A stretch of DNA of 63,834 nucleotides, counting the filler, from Platydemus manokwari (taxonomy: Eukaryota), in the NCBI GenBank assembly GCA_037951405.1. It is 6 parts of 6 records of this genome, joined end to end, with 100 filler letters (N's around TTAATTAATTAA, not from the genome) between each part and the next. Parts side by side here need not be neighbours in the genome. Positions count along the whole stretch, not along the records: positions 44,351 to 55,022 come from JBBMOY011113998.1; positions 55,123 to 63,834 come from JBBMOY011361982.1; 4 more parts are not named here. The stretch is one strand, 5' to 3'. The translations under genes and the position numbers were made by a program. Below, piece after piece: positions 52,772-63,834 of this stretch (position 1 is its first letter; each line of letters starts with the position of its first letter). The notes beneath the pieces were generated by a model, which was not told where the DNA came from, did no database searches, and saw nothing but the letters and a program-made list of their open reading frames with translations.

Positions 52772-54375
52772 ATATAAAAATCTTGATAGTTATTTAACGT
52801 CATTACTACCGATATCAATCAAAAACCACATCCGATATTTTGCATCGTGTCGAGTGTTAATTATTGATATAAAATCAATTCAATGAAGTCCGAAATAAAA
52901 TTTCAATGAGCAGAATATTTTTATGTTAACATGAAATGGTATTTTAAAAATTATCCCCACCATGCCGCAAACCATAAGTAATATTTGAGAGGTTAAACAT
53001 AGTTAAAACACTAAAATATTGCACTTTTAGCACCGATTCCGAGGATAAATTTTCATTTTTTATTCATTGTAATTAAAAACATTAAAGCACAAATAATCTG
53101 GATGACTTCATCAATAAAGTGATTTGAAAATTATACCGAAACATACTGAAATCATCAATGTAAAGATAGTTTTCACAGTGTATCAATTATTTTCTGAAAA
53201 CCTCTATCACCTTCAAATTTCGATTTAATTCATTTGGACCGTTAACTCAGGCCACAATTATTATGTCGAAATTTGATGAAAGTATTTCTGAAAATAGGGC
53301 TTGCTGGAAACCTTTGCCAAATCAAAATTCGAATAATTTGAGTTATATTTTGAAAAATCGATTTATAACATGCTTATTTATTTAAAATGTTCCACTAAGA
53401 TTTTTTTACATTGTTTTCTAATTTCAGGATATGATTGACTAACATATTGATTGAAAGGAAAAACTGTTGCTTATTTTGTCTCATTGTTCTATCACCATGA
53501 CTACATCAAACCATTTAATATCATGTTACTGCAATTCTTATTTGAATTTAACTGTGTGATTCCAGTTTTTCTTTAATTCCAGTAAATTAAAAACGAAATT
53601 GCATATTTAAGCTTTGTAAATCTAAATATATTTTCATAGTTAATTGTTGTCGGCTATTTAATTAATACTTGTATAATAATTCAATGATGCTACCTTTGGT
53701 TTAGTGTGCTTTGACTTGGTATCAATAAGTTTTATTGATTGAAAATATTATATATTTAATAATAGTAAAATCGAAGTAAGTTAGCACTTGTTTTTTGAAC
53801 ACCTCTGTATTTGAGACGGTTTTTTAATGTATTGATTTATATTTTTTCTGATATTTTCATAAAAATTGAGTCTGATTTGAGTTTAGAGAATATGAAGCAG
53901 CAACAATATCCGACGATCAAAATTACAAATAGTTATTTTGTTTTAAAATAGAAAATTTATCAACTTTTACTTTGAATATTTATATATGTCAAGACAACTC
54001 ATCAAAATAAATATATTATTAATTCATTTCATGATTTATTTAAAGCATTGTAATATGGACAAATTTATGTAGCATTTAAAAATATTATGTTGAATCAAAA
54101 AGTTTGTTATCATAAATGTGCTCTAAAAATCCCGATCTATTATTAAATTGCGGATGCATATCGACTTCAAATTTATCAATTTTATAGTTTCACAGACAGG
54201 ATAGATGAAATCACTGTCCATTTTCGCTACGCATATAAATATAATAACTTGTTAGTTTTATATATAATTTTGTTCTAATTCAGTTTCCGAAATATGATCG
54301 CTTAAGACTGGCCAATTGGTAAAGATTTAGTGTTGATAACGATATTATTTTAACTGGTTATTAAGATGCTCGCTT

Positions 54376-55022
54376 ATGGTTCCGACCGGACTCCAGACGA
54401 TCGGCTGTGTTTCGTGTGAAGTAGATTACGGTTTAAGTATAAATAATAATATAATAAATAACAATAACGCAAATATACTAAAATATAATTATCAATCAAA
54501 TCCACAAATGTATTACTATAATTGTATAAAAACAGAACTGGCGAAGAGTGGCTTACTTAACCAGAGGGCAAGACTCACGATACGGGTGAACCGTGCAGTG
54601 AGTAAAAACTATTAAAAAGGTAGGATCAAAACGAAGAGATTTTTAGTTAATACCGAATCTATCGGCACGGTATGAAAATAACGATAAATAATTCGGTCTG
54701 TATCTCGATGACTAATCGATTGGCTTGTGGAGTAGATTTTCCTGCTTGTCTTGTCGCTGACTAATACTGCATGCTGTGACTAATTTTCTCTGACTGCTAC
54801 ACGATCGTCGTGTTTCTGCTAGGTGACTGTGCTTGTAGTCTGATAAGTGGTATTTGCAGTTAACTTTTTTGTCAATTTGTTCTATTTCTCCAGCTGCCTA
54901 TATACTATTTTCGTTATAAATTTGTTGCGTTTTGGAGTCACTCTCTTTTATATTGGGTCTATAACTTAAAAACCGGAATTTTTTTAGAACAATTGAGTGT
55001 TTATTAAAGAAAATCTTGTACA
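54376..55022. mobile_element. Probable repeat/LTR-like sequence at contig end
   Basis: Abrupt rise in GC, no credible ORF, a TATA-like TATATAG on the minus strand near 54900, and the assembly breaks at its end. Confidence 0.3.
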
Positions 55023-55122
55023 NNNNNNNNNNNNNNNNNNNNNNNNNNNNNNNNNNNNNNNNNNNNTTAATTAATTAANNNNNNNNNNNNNNNNNNNNNN
55101 NNNNNNNNNNNNNNNNNNNNNN
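55023..55122. other. Artificial contig spacer
   Basis: 44N-TTAATTAATTAA-44N. Confidence 0.98.
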
Positions 55123-55142
55123 TCTACACTCGGTAGACCCAA

Positions 55143-55143
<1 letters not shown>

Positions 55144-55200
<57 letters not shown>

Positions 55201-55218
55201 ATAATTATAATTATTATT
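55144..55218. repeat. (ATT)n microsatellite, possible retroelement tail
   Basis: Direct reading. It is preceded by a small hairpin TCTAC-ACTCG-GTAGA. Confidence 0.9.
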
Positions 55219-55489
55219 AATCAAGCAGTTTTCTTCATTCTAAAAGTGAGAAAATCGACCCAAGCTAATGGAAAAGTGAATCAATATTCATATGAAACAT
55301 TAGTTTAAGTAGATTTTGTTAACTGGTAGCTAGTTCAGACCACTGTTTCCTTTTAATAAGATAAAGTCAGTTTTATTTATGAATAATAATTGAACTAAAA
55401 ACTTTTATTATAATTTCTCAAATACTAAATTCAATTAAAGCAATCCACCGTTAACCATAAAAATTTTCTAAAAATCACTAGCACTGAAA

Positions 55490-56125
55490 TCAAAATTCAT
55501 CTCTAATGTATGTGTGAGCAATTTCGGTATCTTTTTCATTATTACAACCATTGGTTTTGCAACATTTCATTTCTCCTCCCATCCCTAAATTCTCTAATTT
55601 TTCTTGACCACCGAACGCATCGTTTATTTTTTCAATATATACATTTTTTTCCTGTTCTATTCTCATGGTCAAATAGTTTGTGACTTCCGGCGAAAATTGG
55701 CATTGGTCCATATAATGAAAATCACATACATGATTAGGACAATTAGGTGTGCAACCTCTGTCTAGGAATCGAAAAGTGAAAATGCTACCATCGGATTTGA
55801 CCTGAAATGAAACTTATCAATATTGTATACAGGTTGAAAATTATTCCACTTTGTACTTGATTAAGGCATGAGCTGTATAACAGGAATCTGCGTCACTATT
55901 GCACTCTTGCATGTACAAAGTCATGTTATTTCTCGTAAAAGGAAAGTTCAAACAATCGCCAACACAAGTGGCGTTTAGTATTGTAGATATTTCTTTCGCT
56001 TTTCCTCTATCAGCTTCTAAACATTCACTATTGCATAGATAGCAAAGCACTCTTCGAGCTACGATAGATGAAACAAAATATTGGAATAACAGAATCAGAG
56101 TTAAAATAATTTTATGGGAAATCAT
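55490..56125 (-). CDS. Secretory-pathway Ly6/uPAR (three-finger, quiver/sleepless-like) protein, 195 aa, two coding exons
   Basis: Exons 56125-55850 and 55801-55490 with a 48-nt phase-0 intron. Signal peptide, LCYLCNS start, CYT, RGC and the terminal CCKTNGCN signature. The C-terminus is RDEF. Confidence 0.82.
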
Positions 56126-56170
56126 TAGAAAGTTTGTTTGAATTCGATATCAAAATGAAACTCACCAAAT

Positions 56171-56302
56171 CTAACTTAAATAGTTAGAAATAGGGTAGGA
56201 AGGGAAATTTACTTACGTGGCTTTATGTTAATTGCACTCGATTGCACCTTAGAGAATTGTATTCTGACGACACTTATATTGACACAGATAATGGTCTTTA
56301 TA
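56171..56302 (-). promoter_or_regulatory. TATA box and 5'-UTR intron of the Ly6 gene
   Basis: TATAAAG at 56302-56296, and a 46-nt GTAAGT...TTAG intron at 56216-56171 upstream of the ATG. Confidence 0.5.
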
Positions 56303-58739
56303 CGTGTCTGTCCTTTGGCTTAACTAATCACCTTGCGAAGTAAGCGTAGAAAAAAGGATATCGGTTCCAAAATCGGTTTTGAATTGATTTGTAAAAAGAA
56401 GTCCAAATTTCATGTATAAGTACGGCTTTCGTCGAATAACAACTCTGGTTTAGGAAATAAAATTTGAATAAAATTTTCTGTGAATATCTTTTGCAATCGA
56501 TAATGCTCTAGAAATACTCGATAAATACAAACAATTTAAAAACCCGCATACGAAATTAAGCAAAACATGTTTCCAAGACCTGATTCATAATATTTTATGA
56601 AAAATGATTTCATGTCCTAAATTTAAAATCATTCCGGTATTTACATATCGATTAGATATCAAATTTTTCTTCACTCGGATTGTTAAAAATATTTCAAAAT
56701 AAAATGCTAATGAACTCACCGCTTGTACATGTTAAGTAATCTAAAATTAACATTAGTCCATTTTAATATTTGTTTATAGGAAATCAATAAGTTTCAAATG
56801 CTTCTTTTATAATACATCTTTATCAGTAATTAAAAATATCCAAAAATCAAATATTAAAAAATAAGGCAATAATATCAACAAATCAAATACGAATTTTTGT
56901 TACACATTTTCAAACATCGTGTAAGCAACACGTTGCTTGGATACTTTGAAACTAGGAACAAAGTCAGCAAGAATCAATTATATTTCAAAAAATAATTACA
57001 ATAATCCAAGTAAAACGTTGAATCGAAAGTAGAGATCTCTTTTTTACATCAATTACCAGAGCATCTCAATATCATATTAAGTTTTCTTAGATGCATAAAT
57101 ACTTTGCGAATTATGTAAACAATTTTTTATTTGTTAGCTTTATTGGTTTTGAAAAGTATTTCCAGCTTTACCGATGAAAATGTAGCCTTTTAATACAAAG
57201 TTTTGTGTGATATCTATCACGTAACAAGAGAACTTAGCGAATAAAAATAATTCTTTAAAAATGAATGGAAAACTAAGAGAAATTATACCAGAAAGTATAC
57301 CAGCAGGCATCTTACATTGGCTTAAAACTAACAATTGAATATACTGCAATATATTCACCAAATTAATCAAATCTCAATTATCTATTGACCACTGTTGAAT
57401 GATTTATTAAAATTTTAAAATTAGGCTTACCATAGCAGATTGTAGCTATTTGCAGCAAGAGATTAAAGCACAGTTGTTAAAGCACAGACCACTTTAGCGA
57501 TAGCAAATAAAAAAAATCTAAGCAGTCATCACAAAAATGGTCCGCGAAATTAATTACAAATACCAAGTCTAAACCAAGAAAAATACAAGGGATTACAATA
57601 ACGAAACTCAATAAAACTTAACCACCATTTACTGTACTTAGAATCAGAAATACTGGAAATCTCTCATGAAATTTTCTCAATCAAAGTAGAAGTAATAATT
57701 CCAACACGATATCGAAATTATTTGTAATAAGATAATTATCAGATTTTTCAGATCACGATCGGATTTTAGTTGATAATATTTTATTTTGACTATCACATCA
57801 ATTTCATACATATTATTGTTCATAATAAGCAAATTGATTTTCTATAATAAATCGTTAAATTGCCATAGATGGAGAACATTTATAACTTAAATTAAAATTA
57901 AAAATCATTCTTGCTACTTCTGTCATTAGTTCCATTGATATAGAGCATAAAGACTGTCACTTTCTGCAAACAATAGTTCACTCATTTGGTTCCTCTAAAG
58001 ATACTACTTTTAATCTAACAAATGAGTTCTACTATAGTTTAGCATTTAATGATAAGCTTATCAACTTTATTTAAGAAAAACCGCTAGAATAATTACAAGA
58101 ACTTTATTAAATTCGCTACATGTACTCAACCTAAGTCGTTAATGCTTAATTGCGAAAAGGGATTAAAGACTGACATAGGGATTTTCAACGATTAGATAAT
58201 TTCTTACAAATTTTATGCAATGATAAATAAGGACTTGACACCTAGTATACGATAAAATCTTTACCCCTGTATTGGAATCTTAATTGATTTGATGTATACT
58301 TATTTTCCTGGAGTATTTTTGATGCTAACGCTTCTTACATCTTTATTACTTAAATAGCTATGTTTTGTCTGGAGATGATCTCTCGATTCCTTTGGTATTT
58401 CAGCCAACCCAATTATTACACAAATATTCAAAATTACTTGATAACAACAGTTTTAATACTCTCGTTACTCAAGAATTCTCACAAAATAACCCTTTCGGAC
58501 AGAGTTATTAATAATCTTATCACTTCAACGAGTCTGATATTTCGGTTGCAATGTCTGGATTAATTGACTTTCTTTTCATATAATTTCTTATCAGCCAATT
58601 CGCCACCGATTATTAAATAACTTAAATTTATAAACCACAATGCAAGTTGCTACTATTATATAAATCACGAATTTAAAATGATTCAAATAGTCATGTCAAC
58701 AAATTATATTTAAACTCCAATAATTTAAACTTAATAATA

Positions 58740-59230
58740 TTTTATAAAAATCTGATTTTAAAATATTTTAAATATAATTCATTTTAAAATCCTCACATTC
58801 CATTTTCTTTTAGATTTTTGATTTTCTATATATACTTAATTAACTCTGTAAAAATCTCTAAATACTTGACTAATTTGAAATTTGTATTTCTTCTTCCTAC
58901 TTTATATCTTCTTTATATTTTCTTTATTTCTTCTCTATAGCTTCTTCATAGTTTCATTTTAAATTCTCTTTATATTCTTTTCATGCTTTCGATATCTTTT
59001 CTCTGGACGATTACTCATTCTCTTTTGTAGTTTCATGTCACAGACTTTCACAGAATGAAATCCAAGTGCGTGGTCGCCATGCAGGTTGTTACTATTTTAT
59101 AAAGTACGTATTTAGAATGAATTGAAAAGTCACGACACCAAAATATATTTTTATTACAATTATTCAAAAAATTTTTTTTTATAAAAATCTGATTTTAAAA
59201 TATTTTGATTCATTTTAAAATCCCCATATT
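58740..59230 (+). repeat. About 55-bp direct repeat (58740-58799 and 59177-59230)
   Basis: TTTATAAAAATCTGATTTTAAAATATTTT...ATTCATTTTAAAATCC.CA.ATT occurs in both copies. Confidence 0.7.
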
Positions 59231-60111
59231 TACTTTTAAACATAAGTATTTTATATATCATCTATATTCAGGACAACGACAGATTTATCTCCACCATCAC
59301 TTACCCATTTTTAATTGCAATTCAGTTCCATATCAGGATATTTCTCACAAATATATTTCTTTATTTTCTTTCTGCACGATGTACTCTTTACACATCGAGA
59401 ATTCTATACCATTTTTCTATGATTGTGTCCACAAATTAAAGGTTTAAACAGTCTTCGATAGAAACATACACAATTTAAAGATGTAGTCCACCGAATAAAG
59501 TGGGTAGTGTTTTCCAACCTTTTCTTTTAAAACAAAAATATTTTTCTATTCTTTCTGCTCAACAATATCAATACCATTTCATAGTTCGCTCATTCAATTT
59601 CATCGTCATCATCTATCGATGGATCTTGTATGTGAGTAAAATTGAAATGAACGAATTCAATAATAATTTAATTGAAAAATTTAAATCAATAATTTTAATG
59701 ATTTGATAATAATTTCAAAAATTAAAAAAATATTTTAAAATTTTGTTAAATTATTAAAAAAATTGACATTAAATAATTTAAATATATGTTTTACTATTTA
59801 TATACCTGATTAAGATTAGTAATAAAAGCTCTCTGGAAAAGATTTCTAATTTGTTTAAAAAATGTTTGATTTGTTTATATTATTAAATAATTTACGAAAA
59901 TCGTATAAATGAATTCTTTTATAGAATCTTCAATTTTAAACGCGATAGCTGCTACTAACATTGAACATGTTGGATATAAATGATAAACAATTGTGAATGA
60001 TTTATTGATCACAAATATACAAATTTACCTCCAAACAATCTAATAAAATGTTCAACATAAACGCAAAAGAACATCTAACACTTTGACAGCTAACTCTGCT
60101 GACCTCCAATA

Positions 60112-60652
60112 CACTGGCATTTGACCATCTCAGTCTCAATATTTATATTCATGTTTTGTGTGTTTCACTTTTAATTGATTGTTTTGTTTATTGTACGATC
60201 GTATATTCATTGGATCCATCGATCATAAGATGTGGGGATTAGTCAATCCCTATGCGTGTCTCCTCGTGTAGTTATATTTGTCGTAAAATTATGATATTTC
60301 TATTCAAGTCATCTGTGATTCGCTGGTTGTCAAGCTTGTATGATTAGGTGTGCCAATGTTTAAATTGCTAAAACAAGGGTTTCAAGGTACGAAATCGTTT
60401 TTCTTTTTAAGGATTTTGTCTTCACTCAACACATAGCAATCATAGTGAAGTTAAATGGTGGACTACAGTTTGAAAAAGGGGCATAGTTACAAAACAACAC
60501 GCATAGGGATTGACCAATCCCACTCATATAAAAACTTAAAAACCCAAAAAACAGAAAAATAGATATCAAATCAAAATATAATGTAACATGACACAAAAAA
60601 TACACACAGATCGTGGATATAAATATTAATGTAAAGATGGACAACTGCCAGT
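60112..60652. mobile_element. Two diverged retroelement-like 3' ends in tail-to-tail (inverted) arrangement
   Basis: 60112-60275 (+) and 60652-60497 (-) share ACTGGCA.TTG.CCATCT...AATATTTATAT.CA and GGGATT(A/G)GTCAATCCCTATGCGTGT. Confidence 0.6.
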
Positions 60653-62130
60653 TGGAAGCTAAGTTTTGGTTGAGATTTTGTAATTCGTGTATTGATTAAT
60701 ACACCTTTGAATTGGAATTAGGTCTTATTTATTGTTTTAAACAAAATCAACAATTTCGAATTTTAAAATAATCATCTCTTTATAGTTTAAAACATTTTCG
60801 AGGTTTTATCGATAGATTTCCTTTATTTTTTTAAAATATCATTTGTAATTATTCTATTTTTTGTAACATTTTATTCATTGGTAAAAACAATGGAAAACAA
60901 AGTTCAATTATCTTTTTCAAAAAAAAATTATTAATTCGCTCTTTTTGGATAATTTTTAAAATGATTTAATATTTTTCAATACTATCATAAATCCTTGCGA
61001 GAACCTTTTGCAATGTCATTGTTCACAATGTGAATACAAGCTTTATAATTTTCAATCACTACCTTGGTATTCTAGAACTCAAATACAAAATATAAATCTA
61101 TTTTTCGATTGTCAAAATACAGATTCTGAGAATATGAAAAAGTCGAAATTCTATAAATATAGGAATGAAAACACATTGCATCTGCAAATACAAATGAGAA
61201 CATAATTGATTTGTTTCTAATAATTTTAATGATTTTTATCTTATGTTTCTTTGGTGATTATAAATCGATTACTTACATTATCTTTCCATGTTATGTTATT
61301 ATTTGAGTTTATTTTATATAATCAATACATTCTTAATGGTCTTTTTGTTAAACATATAGCAGATCATTTTCGGTGATAAATTCAGATCTGTAATTGATTT
61401 TTGTTAGTCATCAAATATGAGCGCTTGTTTCGCAGACTTTAGGGTTACCCCAAAATCATATCAGTGATCCATTTGGTGATATAAAAATCATAATGGCACC
61501 GTTAAAATTCACTGAGAGACGCCTAATGCAGCATGCTGTGGCGACAGTTTGAAAATCACTATTATCATCTTTTCGCACCAAATATTAATTATGTATAAAT
61601 TTCTTATGGTTTTTTCTAAATATTTAAGTGCAGAAATTTTTCAAAAATCATTAGCTATTTTGAAATTAACTTTTGGGTATAATAATTGTTTATACTGTCT
61701 TAAATTTGGACTTAATGAATATAAATATAATTACTGATACCAAAACACAATTGTCAACCCAACAAAATATTAAAATAAACCAATTAACTAAATAAACTAC
61801 GTGATAATTATTTATTTATTGCCTTGGTCAGTATTTATAACTTGGCAAACAATATTTTAAATTAGATTTCACAGTTAACGATTATTACTTTTAGATTTTT
61901 TATTAAAAAATATTGACTGGTTGATGAAAATATTCACGAAATTAAAAAAATATTTAAAGTTTAATATTGTCAATAAAGTCAAACAGGCTTGAACGTAACA
62001 AAAAAATAAAATTAAGTTTAAATAAAAATATTATTATTAATCTAAAAATAAATACATTTAAAAATCTCATTTACAGATACTCTATATAAATAAGGTTTAT
62101 ATTTAATGATCACTAAATTTTATTTTATTG

Positions 62131-62200
62131 CAGTGATTCCCAAATTTTTCTGGCGTACCGCCCCTTTTCAGAATAAATATTACTTAGCGCCTCCAAACTA
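62131..62200 (+). mobile_element. hAT (Charlie-like) terminus, partner end not found
   Basis: CAGTGATTCCCAAATTTTTCTGGCGTACCGCCCCTTTT resembles Charlie/MER-type left ends. Confidence 0.4.
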
Positions 62201-63757
62201 ACCCACACCAATTTTTTTTAACTTTTAGTAGCAATTTATAAAAAAATCTTAATGTTACTTCTCTTTTGTTATTTAATTTTAACTTCTCGTAATATCACAA
62301 TAAACTAAACTTTCTTTTAGTTTTATTTCAGTCAATCATTACGGGGACTCCCAGAAATACTACCGCTTTACTACCAGATTTCGGCGTTGCAAGCGACAAA
62401 GCGAACAAGCAGTAGCATTGAGTGCGCGATTACACATACTTCATTAAAAATTACTGAGAACGTACAATACGTTGTTTAAAGACAAATTAAGCGTTTTGAG
62501 CAAACGAGATACATCAAAATTTTCTTTCATTCTTATAGTATTATCGCTCTCAAATTGGTTTATTAGCATAATTCACAATTCAATAATAAATAACAAATCA
62601 CTTGACTGTCTTCCAAAAAAGTTAAACATCTAGCTACTAATGCTGGTTTGAACTACCTTTCAGAATAATCTAAAAATGAGAACCACGGATACGAGTTTAC
62701 ATCCCTAATAACTTGAAAGACCACCGATGGCTTAGCTATAGCTTTAACATTCTTAAAATTTGACCCAATCGATAATTTAACTCCAACTTTATAAAATTTC
62801 ATCCATTAATAGTTTAACCAATACTCATCTACAACTCTAATGTCCTTAAGATTTTTTAACTATTGGTTATTAATTACAAGTCCTAAACTATCAAAACACA
62901 ACTCTATAACACTATAAAGATTACAAAGAAAAACTCAAAAACTCTATAATTTATTTACAAGCCGCAAAAAACCAAAGATATCGGTCGATACCTGAATATT
63001 TGACTTTGTTTCAATGATTCTCAAATAAGTCCTCATATTTTCAACCCCTGACTCATTCTTAGAATCACTTTAGTTCCAAATTTATGATGTTAAATTGTAG
63101 TCAAAACAACAATATAAATTATACGATATTTCCTGAATAGACGGTTATTTTAAAAATCGCAGACACAATTATCAGGTGGATGACTAACGATTATCAGACT
63201 GTGGACCAGTATATAAATATTAAATCACCCATGATAAAATTACAATTTCACCTTTTGAATTTTAAGTTGAATATATTAGTACAAAATTGTAAATTTGTTT
63301 TCTTTCAGTGACATGTTTTTGATGAAATTCTAGTTGTAATTCTGTAGCAAATCCCAAACTATTTGTTTATAGGAACAATAATTTAATATCAATATTTCTG
63401 TTATTGTAAACAGAAACCTTGAGTATCTCGGATTTCAGTAAAAATAATATTTAGTTATCTCTAAGTGTTTAAGATGGATGTTAAAAGTAACAGTCTTAGA
63501 GTAAAAGAACTCGGGTGAAGAAGACACCTTGTAAATATCTGCTAAGTGATACGATCAGGATTTAAAGTTTTAGAATAATCTTCCATGGGGCATAGACATT
63601 AATGAACTTGAATTGACTACAGGTTTTTGATCAGTTTAATAATTAATTCAGAAGTTAACTTTTATTTTCATTTTGGATTGGATTAAGAATTATGTGTAGA
63701 TTTTAATAGATAAAGCAAAATTAATTTACAATAAATTCAATTACAAACTAAAGATGG

Positions 63758-63758
<1 letters not shown>

Positions 63759-63790
<32 letters not shown>

Positions 63791-63794
63791 GTTA

Positions 63795-63834
<40 letters not shown>
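63759..63834. repeat. (ATT)n microsatellite
   Basis: Direct reading. Confidence 0.92.

Noticed and set aside
54377-54393. tRNA-Glu primer-binding-site-like TGGTTCCGACCGGACTC
   Set aside because: It needs a gap to match, and there is no upstream LTR ending in CA and no gag/pol downstream.
59060-59095. LHGDH metallo-beta-lactamase/RNase Z-like motif
   Set aside because: The first His and the surrounding fold are absent, and the frame contains stops.
1-63834. tRNA, rRNA, snRNA, snoRNA or spliced-leader genes
   Set aside because: None were recognisable by eye; tRNAscan-SE or Infernal would be needed to exclude them.

Overview
This is very AT-rich eukaryotic (invertebrate animal) genomic DNA, not prokaryotic. 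It is made of six contigs joined by an artificial 100-nt spacer (44 N + TTAATTAATTAA + 44 N). Genes are truncated at the spacers, so adjacency across them is not evidence of synteny. Manual splicing on GT-AG introns (many only 40-60 nt) gives five genes: a partial TRAPPC11 (minus); a partial large VWD/C8/TIL/LDLa hemolectin/SCO-spondin-like secreted protein (minus); the 3' end of ANAPC2 (plus); the 3' half of sortilin (plus); and a two-exon Ly6/uPAR three-finger protein ending in RDEF (minus). The most unusual structure is an intact, intronless 410-aa atypical zinc-finger ORF that fills almost an entire TRAPPC11 intron on the same strand. Introns and intergenic DNA hold many transposon relics: hAT, Tigger/pogo, two Tc1/mariner derivatives, a three-copy PIF/Harbinger-like MITE, two RLE-type (NeSL/Utopia-like) non-LTR fragments, and LINE 3' ends with stem-loops. 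Homology calls come from recalled motif similarity, not from database searches.
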